The notes under the pieces: generated by a model
What the model was told of the DNA's origin: nothing
The model's input: only the letters and a program-made list of their open reading frames with translations
Database searches by the model: none
Assembly (NCBI GenBank): GCA_030295235.1
Contig: AP026169.1
Coordinates: 434,001 to 498,000, forward strand
Direction of reading: 5' to 3'
DNA: 64,000 bases
Source: Fistulifera solaris
Taxonomy: Eukaryota
In this document: positions 24,455 through 36,041 of the stretch, piece by piece
Numbering within the stretch: position 1 is the stretch's first letter
Layout: each line of letters begins with the position of its first letter
Made by a program: the position numbers and the translations under genes

Positions 24455-26215
24455 CTACCTATTCTTTTTCTTCTCTTTCTTTGCTGATTTCTTCTCTTTC
24501 TTTTCTGATTTTTTCTCTTTTTTCAAAGAAATCGCGTTCAGGTGTCGCTGAATGGCCGGAAAAAAGAGACCTTGATAGCAAAAATGCTGCAGCATAGTGA
24601 TTGTCGAAGCTTCCACGTCTTGACACTCGATTTCACGGAAGGAGCACTCCGATACAGGAATCTTTTTGATTTGAGCGGCTTCGTAAAACAGCGCCTTTAC
24701 CTCGCGACAATTTTCATCCGCGGACTGCATCGCCAGTAAGACAACGGCGGTACCACCACAGTCGTCATTGACGGCGTCGTCGTCATCATGTGAAAAGTTG
24801 TAAAACAAATTGGTGAGGCATAGACTCTCCGGTGCCATATTGATATCCAACAAAAAGCGTGGTGGGGACGCTGAAAGAATTGAATTCACCATAGTGTCGG
24901 CATCGGCGGTCCGCGCCTTGTTGTTCTCTAATTGGTCTTGAATGGCTTGTAAAATTTGGAACTCGGTCGGAGCCGCTTGGTGTTTTTCTGCCAACACAGT
25001 CACCAATTCATTTTGTGGCAATGTCAAATAAGTATTATCGGTAAACCAAACCGTTAAGGTATTGCGAAGGTGTCCTACTTCATGTGGGCCGGCCAATCGC
25101 GAACGCCAAAGACACGCCACCACAGTGCGGACTAAACACCATAAGGAACGATCGCGGGACGAAAGGTCGATAGTGACGGCTGTACTGGGAAATGAGACGA
25201 TGCTGACGAAATGAAGATGCGTATTCGAGAGTGTCGTAGTATTCGAAATGGCGTGTATTGGTCGCTTGAGTGGATTGCGTTGATTGTTGTTGAAATGCAA
25301 CAAAGTCTGCAGAGCTGGCCATAACATTTTATGAGCATGATGGTACGCCATGACGGAAAGAATCTTACTGGTGAATTCTGGAACAGGCCCAAGACGAACG
25401 GTGACTTGAGGAATGGCTACCACTTGACAGGTTTGTTGCAAACATTTCTTTTCTTCCATGGTCATGTCACGCACGGCACCCAAGAAGATACATACTTGTG
25501 TCTTGTCTGGGCTGTCTGTAGTAGCTATTTGACATTGATTATTCCAGCAGGGTAATTCCTGATGACTCGATTCATGGAGTGTGGCCGCTATTACGGTTTG
25601 GATGCTGTTAGAGATGGGCTGTAACAGATCTTTCAAGATTGGTCGTAGAGTCTCCTCCAAAGTCGGCTGGCTGACACTAGCATAGCGCGAATTCCAGTCC
25701 TTGCTAATTTCTATCAACGTTTGCTTATTGAATTTTCGTAACAGCACTTGACTGGAACTGTTGAGACCTTTTTCGCGTAAAAACTCGATCGAACAGGTCG
25801 CCTGCAACTGTTCTAAAACGTCCCGTTTACTTTCCAAATGCATGGGTATAGTAGCACCGGCCGTATGTTTCGTATTTTGTTTGTAAAGTCGACACGACAA
25901 TCCCTTTTCCCGCACCGATTCGTCTTGTTGTTTCTGTTGTGCCGCTTTTTTCCACAATCCTACAATGGTTTGTTCGGTTGGAACCGTTGGTCGAGCATCA
26001 TTTTTCTCGTAAGTCATGTGCATACGCGACCAGTCGTCTTCAAAGAGCAATACCAGTTCTTTCGCTTCACCACCCGGCCCGAACAAAAACGCCGCGACAC
26101 AACGAACCAAAGCATCGCGACGATTCCACCATTGACTCTCGTCGCGATTGGGTTGATAACTGGACGCATCGGCTCCCGTGCCTTTGGCAAAAAGGACAGC
26201 CCGGAGAAATGTCAT
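24455..26215 (-). CDS. SPOUT-fold methyltransferase, TrmY/DUF358-like, two tandem domains, KKE-rich tail
   Basis: Uninterrupted 586-aa ORF. RRDALVRCVAAFLF, PTEQTIVGLWKKA, TLHE, IFLGAVRDMTMEE and VRLGPVPEFTSKIL follow the TrmY motif order as I recall it. Second copy LWCLVRTVVACLW...PTEFQILQAI. Confidence 0.6.
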   Translation of the reverse strand: MTFLRAVLFAKGTGADASSYQPNRDESQWWNRRDALVRCVAAFLFGPGGEAKELVLLFEDDWSRMHMTYEKNDARPTVPTEQTIVGLWKKAAQQKQQDESVREKGLSCRLYKQNTKHTAGATIPMHLESKRDVLEQLQATCSIEFLREKGLNSSSQVLLRKFNKQTLIEISKDWNSRYASVSQPTLEETLRPILKDLLQPISNSIQTVIAATLHESSHQELPCWNNQCQIATTDSPDKTQVCIFLGAVRDMTMEEKKCLQQTCQVVAIPQVTVRLGPVPEFTSKILSVMAYHHAHKMLWPALQTLLHFNNNQRNPLKRPIHAISNTTTLSNTHLHFVSIVSFPSTAVTIDLSSRDRSLWCLVRTVVACLWRSRLAGPHEVGHLRNTLTVWFTDNTYLTLPQNELVTVLAEKHQAAPTEFQILQAIQDQLENNKARTADADTMVNSILSASPPRFLLDINMAPESLCLTNLFYNFSHDDDDAVNDDCGGTAVVLLAMQSADENCREVKALFYEAAQIKKIPVSECSFREIECQDVEASTITMLQHFCYQGLFFPAIQRHLNAISLKKEKKSEKKEKKSAKKEKKKNR

Positions 26216-27032
26216 TTATTCTCTTCAATGTTGTGAGTTGGGCATCGTTCAAGAATGCGGTATTGAGAAGGTAAAGGGTAGAGCAGTCGATAGTAGGAGA
26301 ATGAATGAGACGGGGACGAGACGCTGCTTTTTCTACGAAATAAATGAGGCTGCATGCTGCGAGCTGCGAGGCCGAGGATTCAGTCCATAATAATAATATT
26401 AGTCCATACCAGGGATACTATGTACTATAGTATCCGCTGAAATGGTGGCGACTTGGAGTGACTCAATCTATAGCGCTGTCCCGTAAAATGTCGTTTTTTT
26501 TGAGTGACAAGCTCTGTCCTTTGGTTTCTTTCTACAAAACAATGACTTTTACATAATATAAATAGATTGCTAGCCGTGTTTGATGGGTCGTTTGTCAACC
26601 TTTAACGTTTGGTTGAAATGTTTCCATCCAATGTTTGTCTCGCTGCTATTTATTTATCATGTCAAATGGGAGGGTGACTTCTTGTGACTCCTCGTCTCTA
26701 ATCCAGTCCCGGAAAATGTAGACGAATGAAAAAGAAATAATGGCTACGACAGGGAGTCCGCCATCAACTTGGAAGGTTGCTTTATCAAAACGCTAGGTTC
26801 TTTAAAAAAACAGAGCAAGTTTTTCACGATGGCGTTCGTTACAATTATGAGATGCAGTGTAATGAAAGAATTGAGAGATAAATGAGTTGTCTATTATTTC
26901 TGATCCTCAAGAAATAGTTTGAAGTTGCATAAATAAAACGAACCCAACATTTTCGTCTGGAGTATAAAGTCCTTGAGAAAAAATACAGCATATAAAACTT
27001 ATATTACGTTTGTTTTCGTTCCAGTCTTATAT

Positions 27033-27696
27033 CTAACGCTGTGTACCCGCACGCTTACTCGCGCCACCCATGTGCTTGGGCACTTTTTGGAATGTGTGCG
27101 GCTTGGCTACCTTACCCTTGGCACCACCTGACTTGGCCTTGTTCGCGGCCTTTCGGTCCTTCAATTCTTTGATGGCGGCTTCCTTGGCGTCCTTTCGGAT
27201 TTCGGACTTTTGTGCGGCCTTCTTTTTAATGTCTTCCAGCGAAGCACCCACTACCGCTCGCTGCACTTTACCGACACGGCGTGTGCGCTTTTTCGAGGCA
27301 GTTTCGGAAATGCCCTTCTTGTGCAAACGGCGCCAAGCTTGGGTCCATACCAACTTGGCCGCCTTTTTGCGCTGTACGGTCAAGCCGTACGCCTTGGAGG
27401 TACCCAACCAGATGGGTCGGCCGTCACGACGGATCATGAGCTTGCCATTTCCGGGATAAATTCTGTACTCGGAAAGAGCACACAGTTCGGCTGTGAATTA
27501 ATAAAAATAAAAATTGTAATAGATGCATGCGTGAGAGCGAGTCAATCAATCGATTCATTTCAATCACAATAATCACAAGAGGGACGGGAAAATTGTCGTT
27601 CCGCAATGTTTCGTTTTCCCCGCCACAGCGTGCAGCCAGCCTTTCTTCATTTGAATTTTTACACGAAATATAATTTAACTCACTATTGATAACCAT
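27033..27696 (-). CDS. RPL24: 60S ribosomal protein L24 (eL24); intron 27491-27683
   Basis: Spliced start MVINTELCALSEYRIYPGNGK; WTQAWRRLHKKG; RAVVGASLEDI. Confidence 0.95.
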
Positions 27697-28237
27697 CTTG
27701 ACTCTATTTGTTGCTCTGGAATAGAAAAATCACACGAGCAAAAACAACGATGTGTTGCTGCTATTGCAAACGTTTTCGTACAATCGGTACGTAGAAAATG
27801 TCCCTTGGACCGAGAAGTAAAGAGAAAAGAGGTAAACTATTGACTCCAATGAGGTTTGGGATGAAAATAATCATCATGGAACATGCTGTAAAACCCCCAT
27901 AAATCGTACCGGTAATGAATTGTAAGCACGTAGTACGGAGTATAGGATAAGAAGTGCCGAACTACGAATCTGTAGTCACTACCTGCTACAAGTTCATTCC
28001 GTCGTTTTTCTAGCATTGCCCATTAAAATAGCTGTTTAGCAACATTATAATAAATGATTGCGTAAATGTATTCAGCGAAAATATTGCCACACCAGCCTCT
28101 TCGATATTCACTGTGTACGTTGTCTGTTTTCCGCTACGACTGCATCTCAGTCATGAGTCAGAGGGTACCGATTACTGATAGCTTAAATATCAATGCATAT
28201 AATTACTATCAGTAGTTCATACCATTCATTTTACTGC

Positions 28238-30202
28238 TTACGCCTCTACCTCTACTACTTGCATAGGCTCAGCGGCAATGGCATCGCCAATACCACTTTT
28301 GTCTTCCTCCGCAATGACTTCCGCACGTCGACGTGCGTTACAGTTCAACAACTTATTCAGAGCCGACACGTAAGCGCGTGCCGAAGAGGTCATAATGTCA
28401 GTATCCGATCCCGAGCCGGAGAATTTCAAATTACGATTTCCTAGCTGCGAGTGAATAGATTGCGTATCATTCGGACCGCCAGCTTTCGGGGAAATTGTTA
28501 CCCGGGTGGTCGCCAATGCTTCAATGCCTTCCGTCACTGAGTTCAATTGGTACGATTCCAAAACGACAGAAACGCCCATAATTTGGTCAATGGCTTTGTA
28601 TGCTGCATCGACTGGACCCGTACCGGTTGAAGCCACAAATCGTTCCATACCGTCCGGCCCTCTCATTTTGACTGTGGCAGTAGGAATGCCCGAAATACCG
28701 GTCGATACTTGCAATCCTGTAACTTCCCACAAAATATCACTTCGTCCCATTTGGTCCGATACTAGCGCCTCCAAATCGTCATCTTCCAATCCACCCTTCT
28801 TTCGTTCCGCGACTTGCTTGAACCGAGTAAAAATAGCATTTAATTTGTCCGCATCCAAATCGTAGCCCAATTCCCGAAGACGCGTCCCAACTGCATTGCG
28901 TCCCGAGTGTTTGCCCAAAACAATGCCAGCTCCCGATTGCGAATCACCGCGCATCAGACCGATACTTTCCGGTGTCATGATTTCGTACGTGCTCTTGTTC
29001 TTGATCATACCGTCTTGATGGATACCGGATTCGTGTTGGAATGCGTTGGCCCCGACAATGGCTTTGTGGGGTTGACACGCCATGCCAGTGTATTCCGCTA
29101 CCATTTTCGAGGCCGGAGTAATGTAAACAGAATTGATGGCCGTGTACAATTTGCCCGTGCCGGGTCCACCCTGAAATTTCGTGGCGCCCTTCAATGCCAA
29201 GGCCATGACAACTTCTTCCAACGACGCATTGCCGGCACGTTCTCCAATACCGTTAATGGTGCATTCCAACTGCCGTGCGCCATTCAAGGCACCCGCCAAC
29301 GAGTTGGCCGTGGCCAAACCGAGATCATTCTGACAGTGGGTCGAAAAGACCACATTCTCGGCGCCCTGGACATTTTCACGCAAGTTCTTGATGAGTTCTC
29401 CAAACTCCCAGGGCATGTTCCAGCCGGTCGTATCGGGAATATTCAAGGTGGTCGCACCCGCTTGAATGACTTCCGAGAGAATGCGGTACAGAAATTCTGG
29501 ATCGGACCGTCCCGCATCTTCGGGCGAGAATTCAATGTCGTTGCAGCCCAAGCTTTTGGCGAATTTGACCGCATTGACGGCAATGTCCACGACTTCGTCG
29601 GGTGTTTTGTTCAACTTGGCTTCCATATGAATGGGACTGGTCGCAATAAAAGTGTGCACCCGGGGCAACTTCGCCCCCTTGACAGCATTCCAGGCGGTTT
29701 CAATGTCTTTCGGGTTGGCCCTCGACAAGCCGCATATAACCGGAACGTATCCATCTTCGAATACTTCATTGCCAACAATGTCCGCAATTTGTTTGACAGC
29801 ATTAAAGTCATCCGGAGAAGCAATGGGGAAACCAGCTTCAATAATGTCGACCCCTAATTGTGCCAATTTGCGAGCAATGTCGAGTTTTTCGGACGAAGTC
29901 AAGGTTGCCCCCGGACTCTGTTCGCCGTCGCGCAACGTCGTATCAAAGATGCGAACGTAATCGGGATCCGAGATTTTTCCAGGAACGTACGGAGGTCGTG
30001 GTCTTCGTTCCAAGAGGAAGGGTTGTGTTTCATCGATGGCTTTGGAGGACAAGGCCAGAGAGGTGAGTTGTTTTACCGATAACTGTGTCACACGGTTGGT
30101 CCAAGGCGAGCGACTTTGCAAAGCCGAGGGAGTAAATGCCGTGACTGTTTGAGGTGCGAGCCACAGAGAAGTAACTACAGCTGCAGAAAGAATCAATTTC
30201 AT
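28238..30202 (-). CDS. leuA: 2-isopropylmalate synthase, plastid-targeted
   Basis: [52 protein letters not shown] regulatory domain; TAF presequence motif. Confidence 0.97.
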   Translation of the reverse strand: MKLILSAAVVTSLWLAPQTVTAFTPSALQSRSPWTNRVTQLSVKQLTSLALSSKAIDETQPFLLERRPRPPYVPGKISDPDYVRIFDTTLRDGEQSPGATLTSSEKLDIARKLAQLGVDIIEAGFPIASPDDFNAVKQIADIVGNEVFEDGYVPVICGLSRANPKDIETAWNAVKGAKLPRVHTFIATSPIHMEAKLNKTPDEVVDIAVNAVKFAKSLGCNDIEFSPEDAGRSDPEFLYRILSEVIQAGATTLNIPDTTGWNMPWEFGELIKNLRENVQGAENVVFSTHCQNDLGLATANSLAGALNGARQLECTINGIGERAGNASLEEVVMALALKGATKFQGGPGTGKLYTAINSVYITPASKMVAEYTGMACQPHKAIVGANAFQHESGIHQDGMIKNKSTYEIMTPESIGLMRGDSQSGAGIVLGKHSGRNAVGTRLRELGYDLDADKLNAIFTRFKQVAERKKGGLEDDDLEALVSDQMGRSDILWEVTGLQVSTGISGIPTATVKMRGPDGMERFVASTGTGPVDAAYKAIDQIMGVSVVLESYQLNSVTEGIEALATTRVTISPKAGGPNDTQSIHSQLGNRNLKFSGSGSDTDIMTSSARAYVSALNKLLNCNARRRAEVIAEEDKSGIGDAIAAEPMQVVEVEA

Positions 30203-30797
30203 GATGGTTGTTGGGTGTCGATAGAGCTGTCTCAGAAGAACTATAATCCAAAAGCGTCTTTCTTTTGTGAAAGAAATGAATGAATGTCACGTGTACCAAA
30301 GGGATGCCTGCCCTTCGTTGCGTATCAGATAAGCTGGATCTATTTCCTCACGTTTCAAAACGACAAAAACACACTGGTTCGTTTGCAAAGAATGAATATA
30401 ATTGCTGTATTATTTCCACCGCGTTGCTTATTAGTTTGTATTAAGGTATTTGTTGTCGTTGTTGTGGTGGTGTGGTCGTTTTTTTTTTTTCGCTTCGAGG
30501 GGGAGACGCGGTGCGCGCACTTCCGCGCGGAGCTCTCACTTCAAGGAGAAGAGCGGGTCTGGACGACCTCGGGACGCTTCGGAACCAACCAATTTGTGGG
30601 CGGCGGTCAGACACAAAGTATGTTTCAACCAGTCACGAGTGGCTCATTCGAGCGCGATCGACACTCACGACAATTATTACCAAGTACTTGTACGGTACGG
30701 TACGGAAAGGCACTGTTTCATCCTTCCTTGTGATTGATTCCGGCCTCAAAGAAAAGTCGCTTTCTATCCACAACATAAACACAATCTATAGAACAGA

Positions 30798-31289
30798 ATG
30801 AAAGCATCGGTAGCAGTTATCATTCTGACAATAGGTTGGGGATCCGTCTCCTCCTTTTCCCCGGTCATTCCGATCACATCGAGGAAGGATGATAATGTCC
30901 ATCCTCGGATTCCTTCTTGTACTACTACTACTCCTACGAATACGCGACCAGCCTTTCTTACAAGACAACGTCCTCGATTACAATTACTACTGGACGTTCC
31001 CGACAATTTCTTTGCGGTCACATTCTTCGGTTTAGGTCTCTGGCTCAATATTTCGAAAAATTTTGCCCGCGTCCGCATGGAAGAACGGGCCTGGGAACAA
31101 CGTTTAGAAGAAGCGCGGATGGAACGACTCCAACAAGATCCGACATTGACCGAACTTGATTTGCGTCGGAAGGAAGCGGCCATGGAATGGAGTGCGTACG
31201 GAACGCCTCGTCTTCTCGAAGAAGAAGAAGAAGAACGTCGTCGTCGTCGTCGGCGTCGTGTGCAAGTGATGGATCGTGATGAAAAGAAG

Positions 31290-31321
<32 letters not shown>

Positions 31322-31570
31322 TCCAATCGTCGCGAGGGAAAAATGAGTCAAGAAGAAATTGAAGCTTTTGAATTCGAATATGGTGTGGAATATGATCCCT
31401 ATTACGATGATCCGTACACAGAAGAAGATCTACCCGACGGCAAATTCTCCGTCGACAAATTGTACGGAGATCGAGTGTACGAAAATGGCGAGATTTTTTA
31501 CAAAGATGCTCAAACGGGATTGTTCTATCGACAAGGATGCAAACCCAGGAATCTCAGTTTTTGGGGTTAA
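30798..31570 (+). CDS. Plastid-targeted single-TM protein of unknown function; frameshift ~31283 at a GAA microsatellite
   Basis: Signal peptide + SSF; TM NFFAVTFFGLGLWLNI. The corrected frame reads poly-E then VSNRREGKMSQEEIEAFEFEYGVEYDPYYDDPY, joining ORF 31343..31570. Confidence 0.75.
31218..31319 (+). repeat. Coding microsatellites (GAA)n-(CGT)n and ~(AAG)12
   Basis: Directly visible trinucleotide runs. Confidence 0.9.
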
Positions 31571-32304
31571 AAGGACCAATTGTCCTTGATTGGATCGACG
31601 AGAGTACGTTTGCCCATTGGAACATTATATTTGTCGTCGACAATTATCCACACAAATACCAGAAAGCCGGTTTTCCACAACCGTGAATAACAGTGACGAT
31701 GCACGTCTTGAAGTAGTGTTAATAATTCCCAGCTAGAATAATACGGAGTAATAATATCAGGGTATGCCACAGATCCTTAGAGCCGATGGTTGTATCTATA
31801 GCAATTGCAACTGCATTTATCCCGGAGATAGATAGTGATAGTATCACAAACACGAGCTTACTGTGGACAGGTTTGGAGAGAGAGAGAGAGTAAATCTCGA
31901 GAGAGGCGTTGCGCAAGGCTGCGAGAATCATCATAGTCGTCGACGAGAGTTGTCAATTCTGATCACGTTTGCATTTCATTCACCAGCCAAAATGCTACAG
32001 GGAGCAGGCCAGAAGACGCGTCCATACTCGCTGTTTATCATTAGGAATAGAAGAGAAGCTCTTCACGATTGCTGGAAACGTTTTTTTATTCATTTGTGCA
32101 ACCTTTTACCAATAATACACGGATCGTACGCTTGAAAGATTCACTATGGTCCAAAGTGTTGCTCGTTTTTCTCCACGACTGGATTTCAGTCACGATGTGA
32201 TACGATGCTTTGCGCATCTTTGAAAGATATCCCTGCACATTTATTTTTATTCATTCGATTCAAATAATAACCACTGGACAGACTAGAGTAGAGAGATCCA
32301 TGCA

Positions 32305-33297
32305 ATGATGCGCTTCCTCTTACTTTTGTTACTGGTTCTTCCTGGACACGGATTTCGATCCTCCTGGAAGTTGCCCTCATCGCCGCACATTACTCCTCAC
32401 GTAACGCCGCTCGCACAAAGTTCTCTTTCGAACGTTCCCAACAGTACATCCGTACCAACATCATCATCACTTCTTCAACCAGTGCTCCTCCAACGTTCTT
32501 CGACCGCAGCACTGTCGTGTATACTCACGTGGGTGACCATTCAATATACGGGATGGTCTATCGTACGAGCTTCCAGTAGCGTCGGCATGATCTCTGCACT
32601 CGTTCTGTCACCTTCGTTCGCGGCGGCGTCCTTGTGTGGTTCATTTGCGGGAATGTCGGCGCATATTATCACCGCACAGCAAGCCGCCTACTTGGGTCTC
32701 GCTGGTGGTCTTGTTCTCTATGTGTGGGACGCTCATCAATTCCAAATGGGGAAAGGTGGTCGACTGGGGACCATTGCTTTTGCGGGAAATATGATGTATT
32801 ATTCCCTTCGTCACGGAGGACCGAGTCCTGTTCTGAAAGCTTTGTTCCATACTTTGACTCCCGTGACAGCATGGACGGCCGCGGCGGCCAGTCTCGTCTC
32901 CATCGCATCGAAACGTCAGTTACTGCACCAAGTAGCGAAAGCTATCCTTGGGAGTTCCTTGTTTCATCGACTTTTGATTCGAGGTGTCTCTCTGTCACAA
33001 TGGGCCCTTTCCTCTGCCTGCATATTCGTGGCGAGTATTTTGGTCCGGACGGCAACACCCTGGAAAGGCGTGGTTTGGGCTACCTCCCTCGTGGGTTTTT
33101 TGGGATCCTTCACACCGTGGGCGGCGGCGATTTACTTGGGTGCCTTTATTGGGATGACCGGTCGCGCCAATTTCAAGTTACGCAACTTTTTGGGAGCGAC
33201 ATTGCTTTCTTCAATGCTATTGGAGCTCGGATTACTTCCTGGATTTGGTGGTCGATTGGGGTTCTTGGCTTTTTTAGGAGTCAGTTTCGGTTTATGA
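32305..33297 (+). CDS. Multi-pass membrane protein with internal two-fold repeat, probable plastid targeting
   Basis: Signal peptide + GF, Ser/Pro-rich transit region. Repeat halves CGSFAGMS...GKGGRLGTIAF and LGAFIGMT...GFGGRLGFLAF. Confidence 0.75.
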   Translation: MMRFLLLLLLVLPGHGFRSSWKLPSSPHITPHVTPLAQSSLSNVPNSTSVPTSSSLLQPVLLQRSSTAALSCILTWVTIQYTGWSIVRASSSVGMISALVLSPSFAAASLCGSFAGMSAHIITAQQAAYLGLAGGLVLYVWDAHQFQMGKGGRLGTIAFAGNMMYYSLRHGGPSPVLKALFHTLTPVTAWTAAAASLVSIASKRQLLHQVAKAILGSSLFHRLLIRGVSLSQWALSSACIFVASILVRTATPWKGVVWATSLVGFLGSFTPWAAAIYLGAFIGMTGRANFKLRNFLGATLLSSMLLELGLLPGFGGRLGFLAFLGVSFGL

Positions 33298-33446
33298 GTT
33301 GATCCTAGACGGAATCTCTTCTCTAGTCCTGCTGGAAGGATCCGCATGGAAACATTTGTCCAGGAAATCATGACATTTCGTCATCAACTAATTTCTTTAT
33401 TGATCATTACCGTGCATTACCAGTGTTTACAAGGACTTCGTTTTTT

Positions 33447-34766
33447 TTATTTCTTTTCAAATTGCACCGGTCCCGTACGAGGCGCCACACCGGTCACTCC
33501 ACCTTCAGCACCCGCAAACCCTTGGTCGGGCTTGAATTTCGCTGTCGCCCCCTGCACCAACTTCGCGTACTGTTCATCGGCATCTCCCGGACCGCTCCGT
33601 GTCGGTCGATAGATCGAAGAAGCCACCGCCTGTCGTTCAAACAAAGGTTTCGAGTAGGCATTGTATTCGTCTTCGGCCCCAAAGCCCGAATCCATCCCGG
33701 CCGTTTGATCGTACAATCGTGCATCGACTTCGTTGGCCTGTGACACCCCCGTCGCCACTCCCAACGCAATCTTTTCCGAAACGTCCCGTTCCGCTTCCAG
33801 TTTCTGCTTCTTCACCCGCTGTTCATTCCGCAAATCACGTTCTCGTTCTTTACGACGCTCTTGACGCAATCGTTCTCGTTGTTGTGCCGCCACCGCATCT
33901 TCATCCTCCTCCTCCTCCTCCTCCGAGCGACAACTACGATCGTCCCCGGACGAACGGTCCGGTGCCGTATCCGGAACGCCGTTTTTTCGTTCCATCCGCG
34001 CCTGCTGTGCCAATTGTCGCAATTCCTGTTCCCGTTCTTCTTTTTTGTTGCAAGGCCAATTTCTTTTGAATCGTGGCCCGCAATCGAACTTCTTGTCGAG
34101 CTTGTCGTTCGGCGACGTACAGGGATTCCGACAATGTTGCAAAATTGGGATTGACCGTGACCGTTTCCCGCGCATGCCGACCATCGGCCGCCAATCGCTT
34201 GTCGAGAGGAATTGTATATCCACGCATATTTTTCCAATTCGAAATGCAACTGGGGACATTCCAGGCCTCCCGTTCTTCTTTGGTTAATTTTGTTGTCGTG
34301 GAAGGTGCGTGCAAGACGGGCACGGGATCTTCCGCTGGTCCCCGGGGTGCTTTGATGAATTTGTGTTTGGGTGGTTGTAAGGGATCGACTTGGGCCGGGA
34401 CCATTTGAATGATTCTTTGCGAAGCTGCTGGATTGTATCCGGGGGCATCGGGTCGTGGTGTGTATTGAATGAATTGTGTTTCTTCTTTTTCGCGACCGGT
34501 TCCAAGAGTGCCTGCAACGCAGTTTGCGTCCGTGCGGCTTCGGCTTGTTCTTCTTCCGGTGTCGGTAACGCAATATCTTCGGGTTTCGGGGGTCCTCCTT
34601 TCAAATCAGAATGACGTGAATAGACAATTTGATCTTGATTGGTGCCTTTTTCACAATGGCATCGTACGATATTGCGCCGTCTGGATCGACTTGTACATTG
34701 ACAATCGCACGATGTGCGACTGCTGAATTGGTCGGATTGTTGTGATTTGTTCTTTCGTTCGATGGA

Positions 34767-34807
<41 letters not shown>

Positions 34808-35089
34808 CGATACGACATGCGGATTGCCCATATGCCGCGGATATTGCGCGACATGTATTTCCGGAAAGGCTCCACCGTCTCCAAAATCTTGAATGGATCG
34901 TGGAACAAAGAGGGGATGATGTTTGCGTTCGACTGCGGTCATTTTGGAAGCGGCTGTCGCCGCACGACAGCGTTCTTCGTAATTGGGAGGCTTTTGTTGC
35001 GGAGGAAGAGGTTTTGTCGTAGGACGCTCGGGATTGTTGAGTGTGAGTGCGGGAGTTTTCCGCGGAGGAGGTAATGATAGCGACGTCAT
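33447..35089 (-). CDS. SNW1: SNW domain splicing factor SKIP/Prp45; frameshifts ~34648, ~34405, ~34045
   Basis: DFGDGGAFPEIHVAQYP, DPLQPPKHK, PVPVLHAP, PSCISNWKN(M)RGYTIPLDKRLAADG, RDVSEKIALG, GMDSGF, GPVQFEK. Confidence 0.95.
34767..34806 (-). repeat. (CAA)13 microsatellite encoding polyQ in SNW1
   Basis: TTG run on + strand; Q13 in ORF 34601..35110. Confidence 0.9.
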
Positions 35090-35527
35090 GGTAGTATTGA
35101 ATTGAGTCAAACCTTATTATCAATGGATGAAATGTATGTTGGGTAACAAACAGTTTTCGTTGCAAATAACAAGTCTTCCTTTTTCTCGGGTGTCGATCGA
35201 TACCAGGTATAGGGCAAATAAATAATCATCGTTTTTATTGCGACGACACGTGAGAGAATGGGAGATGGGAATGCCCTCAATTCGAGCGACGAACGTACGG
35301 AACGGTATTGTTGTTGTATCGCGCATAAGTTTCTATCTGCGGTACGACATTTATCGACGCGCCGAACTGCAACGCCAGCGAAAACAAACAGAAGCTTGCC
35401 GCAACCCTTTACCCTTTGCTCTCTACTGTACTTTTATTCTTGTTCCTTTCCATACTATCCATCCCAATCATCGATTGCTAGCTAGTTATTCAAGTCGTTT
35501 TCTTCTTGTTAGTATTTATTTGGAAGT

Positions 35528-35946
35528 ATGATTAGCGGCCGCTGGTTTCTTTCGCTCATTACTATATCGGTCGGAATCATTATTGCGTGTTCTTCGATTC
35601 GTCAACAAGGCGTTCAATACGTAAGTTGTTTCTACATTGCATATGACGAGGTGCATTCTTCTCTATCCTAACCTCTCTTGGAGTAATACAGAACGAAGCC
35701 AAGATGGTTCCCATGCCACTCGTGGGAGGAACGGAACGTACCATGAATGCGCAAGGTCCGTGGCCGGCCTGTGTCGGAATGGAAGGAGAAGCTTGTCTCG
35801 CACTCATTCAAGCCGCGGCTCCCGATGTGCAAGACCTACAGATTGTTTCAGAAGATGCTTTCATGACGATGGATTATCGGACCGATCGGGTTCGGATTAT
35901 GGTGAACGCTCAAGGATTCGTTGCGCACATTCCGAGTCGGGGTTGA
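35528..35946 (+). CDS. Serine protease inhibitor, potato inhibitor I family (I13), with N-terminal signal/anchor; intron 35621-35691
   Basis: WPACVGMEGEAC...MTMDYRTDRVRIMV...HIPSRG; exon 1 splices in frame. Confidence 0.88.
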
Positions 35947-36041
35947 ACAGGCCGCCGAAAGATTATACGGAGTAGTAATTTTATAATAGCATTGTTTCAC
36001 GATTAATTCAAACAACCTCTTTTTTCTTTCTTTCTCTTGCA

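Noticed and set aside
28907..29857. 316-aa + strand ORF
   Set aside because: Antisense shadow of leuA with no recognisable motif.
31284..31346. Poly-lysine tail suggesting a silaffin-like protein
   Set aside because: A 1-nt slip at the start of the GAA run; the corrected frame gives poly-Glu and joins the downstream ORF.
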